Origin: Candidatus Sericytochromatia bacterium
Lineage (GTDB): Bacteria; Cyanobacteriota; Sericytochromatia; S15B-MN24; JAQBPE01
NCBI GenBank assembly: GCA_035285125.1
Contig: JAYKHR010000161.1
Coordinates: forward strand, 1-46,464
DNA: 46,464 nucleotides
Reading direction: 5' to 3'
Shown here: one piece after another, positions 37,644 to 46,315 of the stretch
How positions within the stretch are numbered: position 1 is the stretch's first letter
How the letters are laid out: the number at the start of each line of letters is the position of its first letter
Position numbers and translations under genes: made by a program
The notes under the pieces: model-generated
What the model was told of the DNA's origin: nothing
Database searches by the model: none
Seen by the model: only the letters and a program-made list of their open reading frames with translations

Positions 37644-37790
37644 CTTGGTGATCCCCTGGCCCGGACCAGCCAAGGATGGCCCACCGGAGTGGCACTGAGC
37701 GCGCACGGACGTGCGGGGGTCGGTTTCCAAACACTCTGCAGTGTCACCAAGCAAGGCGGCCCCACCCTCGCGGTGGGGCCGTCGGCCGTT
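37644..37790 (+). ncRNA. Candidate CsrA/RsmA-sequestering sRNA (CsrB/RsmY/RsmZ-like)
   Basis: Four successive GGA-loop hairpins, closing stem CTTGGTGA/TCACCAAG, 12-bp terminal hairpin 37755-37783. Confidence 0.6.
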
Positions 37791-37801
37791 CGGGGAGGCG
37801 C

Positions 37802-38815
37802 TCAGGCGCTGGCGGCCTGGGGCGGGACGAGCACCCGCCTGGCCAGCCGCTCGACGAACTCCGCGTTCAGCTGCGTGCCGCTCACGTCGCGCATCACCTG
37901 GATGGCCCGCTGGGGCGCCATGCCGGGGCGGTACGAGCGGTCGCTGGTCATCGCGTCGTACGTGTCGGCCACCGCCACGATCTGCGCAAAGTCGGGGATC
38001 CGCTTGCCATTGAGGTTTTCGGGGTACCCGCGGCCATCGATGCGCTCGTGGTGGTGGTAGACCACGTCGAGCACGGCCTTGAAGTCGGCGATGGGCTCAA
38101 GGATTTCTCGTCCGACGGTGGGGTGGATCTTGATGTGCTCGAACTCCTCGTCGCTGAGGCGTCCTTCCTTGTGCAGGACCTCTTGCCGGACGGCGATCTT
38201 GCCGATGTCGTGCAGCGCCGCACCGTGCTTCAGGCACTCGAGCTCCCGCGTCGAGAGGCCCAGGTCGGCGGCGATCAGCAGCGCGTAGTCGGCCACGCGC
38301 AGCGAGTGGCCATGGGTGTAAGGGTCGCGCGCCTCGAGGGCCTCCGCGAGGGAGTCGACCATCCGGACGACGTCTTCGCGGCAGCGATCCAGGAGCATGT
38401 CCCGGCGCCGCGTGGCGGCCATGGCTTGGGTCAGCTCGACGATCCGGCTGGCAAGTGCGAAGGCCTCGAACGGCCGGGCGATCGTGCCGGAGAGGCCCGA
38501 ACCGATCAGGCGGGCCGTCTCGTCCGGGCGGGCCAGCACCGGGCGATCGCCCCTGGGCACGCCCTCCCCGGCCACCATGAGCGTCCGCACCTCGGGGTGC
38601 CGCGCACGCAGCTCAGCCAGCACCGCGGGGCCATCACCGTGCCCGAGCCGGCCGTCCGCCACCACGACGGCGAGCGAGGGCAGCTCGGCTGCGATGGCCG
38701 CAGCCTCGACCGGGCTGCTGGCGGCATGGACCTCGAAGCCCGCACGGCCGAGGATGCGGGCCACGGTGGCGCGCACGACGGCTTCGGACTCGACCAGCAG
38801 GACGTGCTCGCCCAT
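37802..38815 (-). CDS. Response regulator with HD-GYP phosphodiesterase domain
   Basis: Degenerate REC; ARDPYTHGHSLRV, LHDIGKI, HHERIDGRGYP, VADTYDAMTSDRSYR; GGGAGG RBS. Confidence 0.93.
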   Translation of the reverse strand: MGEHVLLVESEAVVRATVARILGRAGFEVHAASSPVEAAAIAAELPSLAVVVADGRLGHGDGPAVLAELRARHPEVRTLMVAGEGVPRGDRPVLARPDETARLIGSGLSGTIARPFEAFALASRIVELTQAMAATRRRDMLLDRCREDVVRMVDSLAEALEARDPYTHGHSLRVADYALLIAADLGLSTRELECLKHGAALHDIGKIAVRQEVLHKEGRLSDEEFEHIKIHPTVGREILEPIADFKAVLDVVYHHHERIDGRGYPENLNGKRIPDFAQIVAVADTYDAMTSDRSYRPGMAPQRAIQVMRDVSGTQLNAEFVERLARRVLVPPQAASA

Positions 38816-38937
38816 TCGACCTCCCTGGATACCCCTGGTTCTTCATTCCCCAGGAGAGCCTGGAAGATGTTATAGCCGGGTTAAGGAAGCGGGTTGCTAG
38901 ATTAATTAACTTTTTCCTCAGATTTTGTCGGAGGCCG

Positions 38938-39234
38938 TCACCAGGGCAACTCGATCCGCAAGAAGGCCGCCGCGAGGCTGCCCGCCGCGTCGGCAGCCAG
39001 GTCGCCGGCGTCGAGCTGGCCGTCATGGACCTCCTTCAGCCAGCCGATCAGCAGGGTCACTGCGATCGCCTGCTCGCGGGGGACACCCGCCCGCTGGAGC
39101 TGGTCCGTGATCACGTAGGACAGGCCGAAGTGCGCCACCTTGTCCACCGCCAGGGGGACCAAGGCCTGCGCCGGCAGGGAGGCTGTCGCCAGCGTCAGCG
39201 AGGCGATCAGGGACATCATCAAGGGGCGGGTCAT
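38938..39234 (-). CDS. Small exported/membrane protein, YfiM/VanZ-like
   Basis: Signal peptide, DKVAHF, KEVHD, DLAADAAG, C-terminal Trp. Confidence 0.65.
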   Translation of the reverse strand: MTRPLMMSLIASLTLATASLPAQALVPLAVDKVAHFGLSYVITDQLQRAGVPREQAIAVTLLIGWLKEVHDGQLDAGDLAADAAGSLAAAFLRIELPW

Positions 39235-39505
39235 GGGGCCTCCACCGAGGGGACTTCCGCAGCATAGCGCCGGCAGCCGCCGTGCTCAAGGCGGCCGGAG
39301 GTGGCGACGGGGACCGCCGGCGTCCTGGGGGGCGAGTGCGCCCGGCGGGCGGTGCTCCGGGCGGCGCTTGCGGTGGCTGCGCCTGCCTCGTTCGGGGGAC
39401 ACCCGGTCGGTGGCCGGTTTGCCGGGGACTTGCTAGAATGTTGCGGTTGAGCCCCTTCCAGGACGTTTCGACGCTTCCCTGGCTCCTCGTGAGGTACCTG
39501 ACGGC

Positions 39506-40897
39506 ATGACGCAAAGTGCAGGCACGACGTCCGTGGTTCAAGACGCGATCGCGCACTACGACAGCCTGTTGCGCGAGGCGGGCCTGACGGATGCCGACTA
39601 CGAGGCCTTCCAGCGTCGCATCATCGACGCCAAGATCACCTTCGGCGGGCGCTCGAGCTGCCCCTACTTGCGTCCCCAGTTCATCAGCGCGGCGCAGTGG
39701 GCCCACGTGCAGCAGGTCTCCAAGCTGGTGAACCAGGCGATGGACAAGGCGGCCGAGGTCATCCAGGCGGACACCGCCATCCGGGACCTTCTCAAGCTGA
39801 CGCCGCAGGAAGAGCTGCTCATCGCGCCCGACCCCGGCTACCCCTGGCTGACGCCCACCTGCCGCTACGACAGCTTCATCAGCGACCACCACTACGCCTA
39901 CGTCGAGCTGAACGCCGAGTGCCCCGCGGGGCCCGCCTTCACCACCGTGCTGGCCAATACCTTCCTGGAAGAGCCTGTGATGAAGCGCTTCCGCGAGCGC
40001 TTCGACGTCGAGACCTTCGACGTCCGCGTGCCTCTGCTCGACATGTTGCTGCGCATCTACGGCCACTGGCGCGGAAACGGGCACACCGACCGCCGGGAGC
40101 GGCCCCAGATCGCCATCATCGACTACCTCGACGTCCCCACGGTGGAAGAGTTCTACCTGTGTCGCGATTTCTTCCGGGCCCAGGGCCACACCTGTGAGGT
40201 GGCGGACCCGCGGGATCTCGTGTTCGAGGACGGGCGCCTGAAGACCAAAGACGGCTACGAGATCGACCTCGTGTACCGCCGCCTGCTCACCAACGAATTC
40301 CTCGAGCGCTTCGACCAGCTGCAGGCCTTCTGGGAGGCTTACCGCACGGGGGCTGCGTGCGTCGTCAACCCGTTCCGCTCCAAGCTGCTCCACAAGAAGT
40401 CGATCTTCGCCGTCGTGACCGATGCCCGCGTCATGGCACGCTACACCGACGAGGAACGGGCTGCCGTGCAGAGCGCCGTGCCCTGGACGCGCCTGGTGGC
40501 CCCGGGCCTCACGCAGACCTTCTCTGGCGAGACCATCGACCTCCTGCCCTGGGTGCGTGCCAACCAGCAGAACCTCGTGCTCAAGCCCAACGACGAGTAT
40601 GGTGGCAAGGGCATCTACATCGGCTGGACGAGTACCGAGGCCGAGTGGGAGGCCGCCATCGCCGAGGCGCAGCAGAGCCCCTACGTCGTGCAGTGGAAGG
40701 TCGAGGCGCCGCAGGTGCCCTTCCCCGTTTGGGGCGACGAGGGCCTCGTCTGGGAGCCCCAGACCATCGACATCGACCCTTACATGTTCTTCGGGAAGGC
40801 GCACGGGTTCCTCACCCGCCTCTCGACCACCGCGCTGTGCAACGTCACGGCCGGCGGCGGCATCGTCCCCACCTTCGTCGTCTCGGCCAAGGCCTAG
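39506..40897 (+). CDS. Circularly permuted ATP-grasp ligase (glutathionylspermidine-synthetase-like fold)
   Basis: RYDSF, ELNAECPAG, IDLVYRR, NPFRSKLLHKK, LVLKPNDEYGGKGIYIG, NVTAGGG; TGC-TAGAAT at 39431-39439. Confidence 0.85.
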   Translation: MTQSAGTTSVVQDAIAHYDSLLREAGLTDADYEAFQRRIIDAKITFGGRSSCPYLRPQFISAAQWAHVQQVSKLVNQAMDKAAEVIQADTAIRDLLKLTPQEELLIAPDPGYPWLTPTCRYDSFISDHHYAYVELNAECPAGPAFTTVLANTFLEEPVMKRFRERFDVETFDVRVPLLDMLLRIYGHWRGNGHTDRRERPQIAIIDYLDVPTVEEFYLCRDFFRAQGHTCEVADPRDLVFEDGRLKTKDGYEIDLVYRRLLTNEFLERFDQLQAFWEAYRTGAACVVNPFRSKLLHKKSIFAVVTDARVMARYTDEERAAVQSAVPWTRLVAPGLTQTFSGETIDLLPWVRANQQNLVLKPNDEYGGKGIYIGWTSTEAEWEAAIAEAQQSPYVVQWKVEAPQVPFPVWGDEGLVWEPQTIDIDPYMFFGKAHGFLTRLSTTALCNVTAGGGIVPTFVVSAKA

Positions 40898-40910
40898 CTG
40901 AGGAGCGCGC

Positions 40911-42050
40911 ATGAGCAGGAACCTGGAACAGTTCACCATCGGGGTCGAGGAGGAATACCAGATCGTCGATCTGGAGACTCGCGCCCTCAAGAGCCACATC
41001 TCGGCCCTGCTCGAAGAGGCCGGCGCCACCCTCGGGGAGGCCCTCAAGCCTGAGATGCACCAGTCCGTCATCGAGGTGGGCACGGGCATCTGCAAGAACG
41101 TCCAGGAGGCCCGCGCCGACGTGGCCAGGCTGCGCAGCGCCGTCTCGGGTGCGGCCCGCAAGGCCGGCATGGCGATCTCGGCCGCCAGCTCGCACCCCTT
41201 CAGCGACTGGCGCCAGCAGGACATCACGGATCGCGAGCGCTACCACACCATCGTCGAGGACCTGCAGGACGTCGCGCGCGGCAACCTGGTCTTCGGCCTT
41301 CACTGCCACATCGGCATCGCCGATCGGGACCTCGCCATCCAGATCTTCAACGAGGCACGCTACTTCCTGCCGCACATCCTGGCGCTCTCGACCAGCAGCC
41401 CGTTCTGGCTGGGCCGGCAGACGGGCCTGAAGTCCATCCGCTGCACCGTCTTCAAGCGCTTCCCACGCACGGGCATCCCCGAGACCTTCCGCAGCTGGGG
41501 CGAGTTCGAGCGCTACGTCGACACCCTGGTGAAGACGGGCTGCATCGATGACGGCAAGCGCATCTGGTGGGACCTGCGGCCCCATTCGTACTTCAACACG
41601 ATCGAGTTCCGCATCTGCGACCTGCCGACCTCGATCGACGACACCATCGCCATTGTGGCCCTGATCCAGGCGCTGGTGGCGAAGCTGTACGTGCTGAGGT
41701 CCCAGAACCTCGGCTTCCGCGTGTACTCGAGCGCCCTGATCGAGGAGAACAAGTGGCGCGCCTACCGCTACGGCCTGCAGGGCAAGCTGATCGACTTCGG
41801 CGCCCAGTGCGAGAAGCCGACGGCGGAGCTGATCGAGGAGCTGCTCGCCTTCGTGGATGACGTGGTGGACGAGCTCGGCAGCCGCCGGGAGATCGAGCAC
41901 GTGCGGACCATCCTGAAGCGGGGCACCAGCGCCGATAAGCAGCTGGAGATTTTCAAGGAAACCGGCGACCTCAAGCAGGTCGTCGACTGGGTCGTGGCCG
42001 AGACGGTGGCAGGCGTGGACACGCCCGCGGCCGTGGCGGGCGGCAACTGA
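40911..42050 (+). CDS. Carboxylate-amine ligase, YbdK/GCS2 family
   Basis: TIGVEEEYQIVD, GLHCHIG, SSPFW, IWWDLRPH, TIEFRICD; GAGGAG RBS. Confidence 0.92.
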   Translation: MSRNLEQFTIGVEEEYQIVDLETRALKSHISALLEEAGATLGEALKPEMHQSVIEVGTGICKNVQEARADVARLRSAVSGAARKAGMAISAASSHPFSDWRQQDITDRERYHTIVEDLQDVARGNLVFGLHCHIGIADRDLAIQIFNEARYFLPHILALSTSSPFWLGRQTGLKSIRCTVFKRFPRTGIPETFRSWGEFERYVDTLVKTGCIDDGKRIWWDLRPHSYFNTIEFRICDLPTSIDDTIAIVALIQALVAKLYVLRSQNLGFRVYSSALIEENKWRAYRYGLQGKLIDFGAQCEKPTAELIEELLAFVDDVVDELGSRREIEHVRTILKRGTSADKQLEIFKETGDLKQVVDWVVAETVAGVDTPAAVAGGN

Positions 42051-42117
42051 GCACCGGGACGCGCCTACCGCCCGGCGCAGAGGCCGGGCTCGAGTCGATG
42101 GAGAACTGCGAGTAACT

Positions 42118-43077
42118 ATGGCACCCAAGAAGATCGGCATCCTGTGTGGGTTCGAGGACACCTTCCCCCACGCGTTCGTCAACAAGGTCAACGAGCTCGG
42201 TGAGGGAGAGATCGTTGGCGAGTTCGTGCGCCTCGCGGCGCCGATGATGGGTCAGCCCTCGGGCTACGAGCTCATCGTGGACCGAATCTCGCACGAGATC
42301 ATGACCTACAAGCCCTTCCTCAAGCACGCCGTGCTGACGGGCACCTACGTCGTCAACGACCCCTTCTGGTGGCTGGCCGACGACAAGTTCTTCGACGGTG
42401 GCCTCGTGTCGCAGCTGGGCGTGGCCCACCCCAAGACCGCGGTGCTGCCTGCAAAGCGCCGCTTCCCCCGGACGACGGAGATGTCCTACCGCAACCAGGC
42501 CCTCGTGGACTGGAAGGAGGTCTTCGACTACATCGGCTTCCCTGCGATCCTGAAGCCCTACGACGGTGGCGGCTGGCGCAACGTCTACAAGGTCAACAAC
42601 GTCCAGGAGTTCTTCAAGGCTTACGAGGAGACGGGCAACCTGGTCATGATCGCGCAGGAGTGCATCGACTTCGACGACTACTTCCGCTGCCTGTGCATCG
42701 GCAAGGACGACGTCCTGCCCATCCGCTACAACCCGCGCGCCTACTTCCACGAGCGCTACGTCCCGGGCACGCCCGACCCCAACGACCCGCTGGTGGCGCG
42801 CGTCATCAAGGACTCGCGGACCATCTGCCACGCGCTGGGCTACGACATGAACTCGGTGGAGTTCGCCTGCAAGGATGGCATCCCCTACGCCATCGACTTC
42901 ATGAACCCCGCGCCCGACATGGACTACCACTCGATCCGCCCCGAGAACTTCGACTGGGTCGTGAATGCGATGGCCAAGATGGCCGTTCGCTACGTCCGCG
43001 AGGGCCGCAAGATGCCCAAGCGGCACCCCTGGCAGTTCGCCGTCGACGAGGCGAAGGCCACGGCGGCGGTCAACTAG
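42118..43077 (+). CDS. RimK/glutathione-synthetase-like ATP-grasp protein
   Basis: DRISHE, ADDKFF, ILKPYDGGGWRNVYKV, QECIDF, IDFMNPAPD. Confidence 0.85.
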   Translation: MAPKKIGILCGFEDTFPHAFVNKVNELGEGEIVGEFVRLAAPMMGQPSGYELIVDRISHEIMTYKPFLKHAVLTGTYVVNDPFWWLADDKFFDGGLVSQLGVAHPKTAVLPAKRRFPRTTEMSYRNQALVDWKEVFDYIGFPAILKPYDGGGWRNVYKVNNVQEFFKAYEETGNLVMIAQECIDFDDYFRCLCIGKDDVLPIRYNPRAYFHERYVPGTPDPNDPLVARVIKDSRTICHALGYDMNSVEFACKDGIPYAIDFMNPAPDMDYHSIRPENFDWVVNAMAKMAVRYVREGRKMPKRHPWQFAVDEAKATAAVN

Positions 43078-43092
43078 TCGCCACCTTCGTTC

Positions 43093-43126
43093 AGGGCCCC
43101 GGCCGGTTGGCCGGGGCCTTTTCGTT
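43093..43126 (+). terminator. Rho-independent terminator of the ligase operon
   Basis: AGGGCCCCGGCC-GGTT-GGCCGGGGCCTT followed by TTCGTT. Confidence 0.8.
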
Positions 43127-43252
43127 GGCTGCCCGAGTTCTTGAGCCACTCATCCCCCACACGAAGGTCCGCGTCAGCGTGGGTGGGGGCTTCTGCGGAA
43201 CCTGGTTGGCCTGTCGCACTGGCCAGCAGAGGGCCCGTCGGGAATCATGGCG

Positions 43253-43300
43253 GGAGGCTCGATGCAGGCGGATGTGCCTGCATCGAGCGCCTCCTGGAGG
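43253..43300 (+). promoter_or_regulatory. Structured tex leader: 13-bp perfect stem with GGATGT loop next to the RBS
   Basis: GCTCGATGCAGGC/GCCTGCATCGAGC, extended by GGAG/CTCC; RBS GGAGG 43296-43300. Confidence 0.5.
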
Positions 43301-43304
43301 ACCG

Positions 43305-45470
43305 ATGAACCCACCCGATCCCCTCGTCCAGCCCCTCGCCCGCGAGCTCGCCTTGCGCCCAGACCAGGTCGGGCATGTCGTTGCGCTGCTCGACGCTGGC
43401 AACACCATCCCTTTCCTGGCGCGCTACCGCAAGGAGGCCACGGGGGGGCTGGATGAGGTCGTGCTGCGCCAGGTGCAGGACGCGCTGGGCCGCTTGCGCC
43501 GGCTCGAGGCGCGCCGCAGCGAGGTCCGCGAGGCGCTGGTGGGCCAGGGGGTGCTGACGCCCGAGCTTGCGCGGGAGGTCGCCGGTGCGGAGAGCCTGGC
43601 GCGGCTGGAGGACCTCTACCTGCCCTACCGCCCCAAGCGCCGCACCCGCGCGAGCATCGCCCGCGACCGGGGGCTGGCCCCGCTGGCCGCGCTGTTCGCC
43701 CGGCCCGGGCGGGAGGGGCCGCGGGAGGCGGCACAGCGCTTTGTCGACCCCGCGCGGGAGGTGCCGACGCCGGCAGATGCGCTGGCCGGGGCGCGGGACA
43801 TCCTCGCGGAGCAGGCCGCCGAGGACCCCGCCGTGCGCGGGCGGGCCCGCACCGTCGCCCTCAAGCAGGCCGTGCTGCGCGCCGTCAAGGCGCCGAAGGG
43901 CGAAGACCCGCAGGGCAAGTACGCGCTCTACCACGACTTCCGCGAGCCAGTCGGGCGCGCCGCGCCGCACCGCATCCTGGCCGTCGACCGGGGCGAGGCC
44001 GAGGGCGTCCTGCGGGTGGCCGTCGAGCTGCCCGAGGCCCTGCTGCTCGGCTTCCTGCGGGACGCCCTGCGCGTCACGGCCCCCGGCTGGCGCGAGGAGG
44101 CCGAGGCCGCGACGGCGGATGGCCTCAAGCGCCTGCTCGCCCCCGCCATCGAGCGGGAGGTTCGCGAGGCCCTGACGACCCGCGCTCAGGCGCACGCCAT
44201 CGGGGTGTTCTCCGCCAACGTGAAGGCCCTGCTGCTGCAGCCCCCACTCAAGGGCCGCGTGGTGATGGGCATCGACCCGGGCTTCCGCACGGGGTGCAAG
44301 GTCGTGGTGGTGGACCCCACGGGCACGCCGCTGGGGGCGGGCACGACGATCTTCCCCCATGAGCCGCAGCGGCAGTGGGCGCAGGCCGTGGCGACGCTGC
44401 GGGGCCTCATCGAGCGCCACGGCGTGCACGTCGTGGCCATCGGCAACGGCACGGCCAGCCGCGAGACGGAGCAGCTCGTGACGGAGGCCATCCGGGGCAC
44501 GCCGGCGGCCTACGCGATCGTCAGCGAGGCGGGGGCCAGCGTGTACTCGGCCTCGGAGGTCGCGCGCGAGGAGTTCCCCGACCTCGACGCCACGCAGCGC
44601 GGCAACGTCTCGATCGCCAGGCGCTTGCAGGACCCGCTGGCCGAGCTCGTGAAGATCGACCCCGAGGCGATCGGCGTGGGGCTGTACCAGCACGACCTCG
44701 ACGACAAGGCCCTTGGGCACGCGCTCGCGGGCGTGGTGGAGGACGCCGTGAACCACGTGGGCGTCGACCTCAACACGGCCTCTGCCTCGCTGCTGACGCA
44801 CGTGGCCGGCCTCAGCGCGAAGACGGCCCGGGCCATCGTGGCGCATCGGGCGGCCAGTGGCCCCTTCCGGCGGCGGGCCGAGCTGCTGGCCGTGAAGGGC
44901 CTGGGCGCGAAGACCTACGAGCAGGCGGCGGGCTTCCTGCGCCTGCCTGACGGCGACGAGCCGCTCGACGCCACGGCCATCCACCCGGAGGCCTACCCGG
45001 CGGCCCGAAAGCTGCTCGCGAGGCTGGGCGTGAAGGCGACGGGGCGGGCGCTCGCCGAGGCCCTTCGCGAGCGGCGGCCTGCACTGGCCGTGCCGGCGCT
45101 GGCGCAGGAGCTGGGGCTCGGTGTGCCGACGCTCGTGGACATCCTCGACGCCCTGGAGCGCCCGGGCCGCGACCCGCGCGAGGACCTGCCCGCCCCCCAC
45201 CTCCGGCAGGACGTGCTGAAGCTGGAGGACCTCCAGCCAGGGATGCGCCTCACGGGCACGGTGCGCAACGTGGTGGACTTTGGCGCCTTCGTCGACGTCG
45301 GCCTCAAGCACGACGGCCTCGTCCACGTCTCGGAGCTCGCCGCGGGCTTCGTGAAGGACCCGCTGGCGGTGGTGTCGGTGGGGGCCGTGATCGAGGTGGT
45401 GGTGCTGGACGTGGACCGCGCGCGGGGGCGGGTGTCGCTGAGCCGGAAGCGGGCGCTGGCGGAGGGGTGA
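43305..45470 (+). CDS. tex: Tex family transcription accessory protein (YqgF, HhH, S1 domains)
   Basis: GNTIPFLARYRKEATG, LEDLYLPYRPKRRT, GIDPGFRTGCK, IGNGTASRET, EAGASVYSAS, S1 NVVDFGAFVDVG. Confidence 0.95.
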   Translation: MNPPDPLVQPLARELALRPDQVGHVVALLDAGNTIPFLARYRKEATGGLDEVVLRQVQDALGRLRRLEARRSEVREALVGQGVLTPELAREVAGAESLARLEDLYLPYRPKRRTRASIARDRGLAPLAALFARPGREGPREAAQRFVDPAREVPTPADALAGARDILAEQAAEDPAVRGRARTVALKQAVLRAVKAPKGEDPQGKYALYHDFREPVGRAAPHRILAVDRGEAEGVLRVAVELPEALLLGFLRDALRVTAPGWREEAEAATADGLKRLLAPAIEREVREALTTRAQAHAIGVFSANVKALLLQPPLKGRVVMGIDPGFRTGCKVVVVDPTGTPLGAGTTIFPHEPQRQWAQAVATLRGLIERHGVHVVAIGNGTASRETEQLVTEAIRGTPAAYAIVSEAGASVYSASEVAREEFPDLDATQRGNVSIARRLQDPLAELVKIDPEAIGVGLYQHDLDDKALGHALAGVVEDAVNHVGVDLNTASASLLTHVAGLSAKTARAIVAHRAASGPFRRRAELLAVKGLGAKTYEQAAGFLRLPDGDEPLDATAIHPEAYPAARKLLARLGVKATGRALAEALRERRPALAVPALAQELGLGVPTLVDILDALERPGRDPREDLPAPHLRQDVLKLEDLQPGMRLTGTVRNVVDFGAFVDVGLKHDGLVHVSELAAGFVKDPLAVVSVGAVIEVVVLDVDRARGRVSLSRKRALAEG

Positions 45471-45479
45471 GGGCAGGCC

Positions 45480-46214
45480 TCAGCCGGGCTTCCGACGTCC
45501 CTTCCGCGCCTTGGGCAGCCCTGCGAGCCACGCCGTCAGGTCGGCGGGCTGCGTGAAGTCCAGCAGGGCTTCGCCGAGGTCTTCCAGTTGCTCGGTCGTC
45601 AACTCATCCAGCACTCCCTGAACCTCGGCGCCTGGCAGGCCGATGCGGCGGCCGAGTAGGCGGAGGACGACGCGCACGGCTTCCTGCTGGCGGCCCTCCG
45701 CCTGGCCCTCGCTGCGGCCCTCCGTGCGGCTTTCCTCCCGCACGGCGTCAAGGAAGGCCTCCACGGAGCGGTATTCCTTCAGCGGACGAAGCGTCATCTG
45801 GACCTCTGGCAGGGCCTGGAACGCGCGTGCCAGCGCAGCTTCCACGGCTCTGGTGTAGCGCAGGATCGAGGGGGCGGGCAACGCCTGGAGGGCCTCCACG
45901 GCGAGGGCCAGGGCGGGCACGTCAGCGGGGTCTCGGCAGTGGGCGATGGCAGCCAGCATCGCCAGGTGTGGGTTGGCGTGGGCGGCGGTTGGGTCCCGGA
46001 ACGGGGGCAGGCCGTCCGGCCCTACCACGGTTGGGGTGACGGTGTCCCACGAGCCCATGGCAAGCGGTCGCCGCGCCCAGGCTGCGACGTCGGGTTCCGG
46101 GGCGAGCACGATCAGGTCCACGGGCACCCGGTGGCGGGCCTGCAGGACCGCAATGTAAACCGGCCAGCTCCAGCGTTTGGTCTCGTCGCGCCGCAGCTGG
46201 ACCTCCAGCACCAC
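45480..46214 (-). pseudogene. N-terminally truncated Rpn-like/DUF4351 protein
   Basis: VVLEVQL..D..KRWSWPVY, EGRxEG repeats, VLRLLGRRIG..L..EQLEDLGEALLDF...DL.AWL; homology starts abruptly just after the icd terminator with no ATG or clear RBS. Confidence 0.55.
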
Positions 46215-46271
46215 GACGCGCGCGACGGGCTCGCGAACAGCCGTCTGACGCCTGCCTTCGCCCCCCACACC

Positions 46272-46301
46272 AAAAAGCCCCCCACCAACTGGCGGGGGGC
46301 T
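46272..46301 (-). terminator. Rho-independent terminator of icd
   Basis: AGCCCCCCGCCA-GT-TGGTGGGGGGCT followed by TTTT on minus. Confidence 0.85.
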
Positions 46302-46315
46302 CTGGCGCACCAGGC

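Noticed and set aside
37592..37704. Alternative long-range pairing GCGCGCTCA/TGAGCGCGC as the main structure
   Set aside because: Its 5' arm lies upstream of the predicted sRNA start, so it could form only in hutU read-through RNA.
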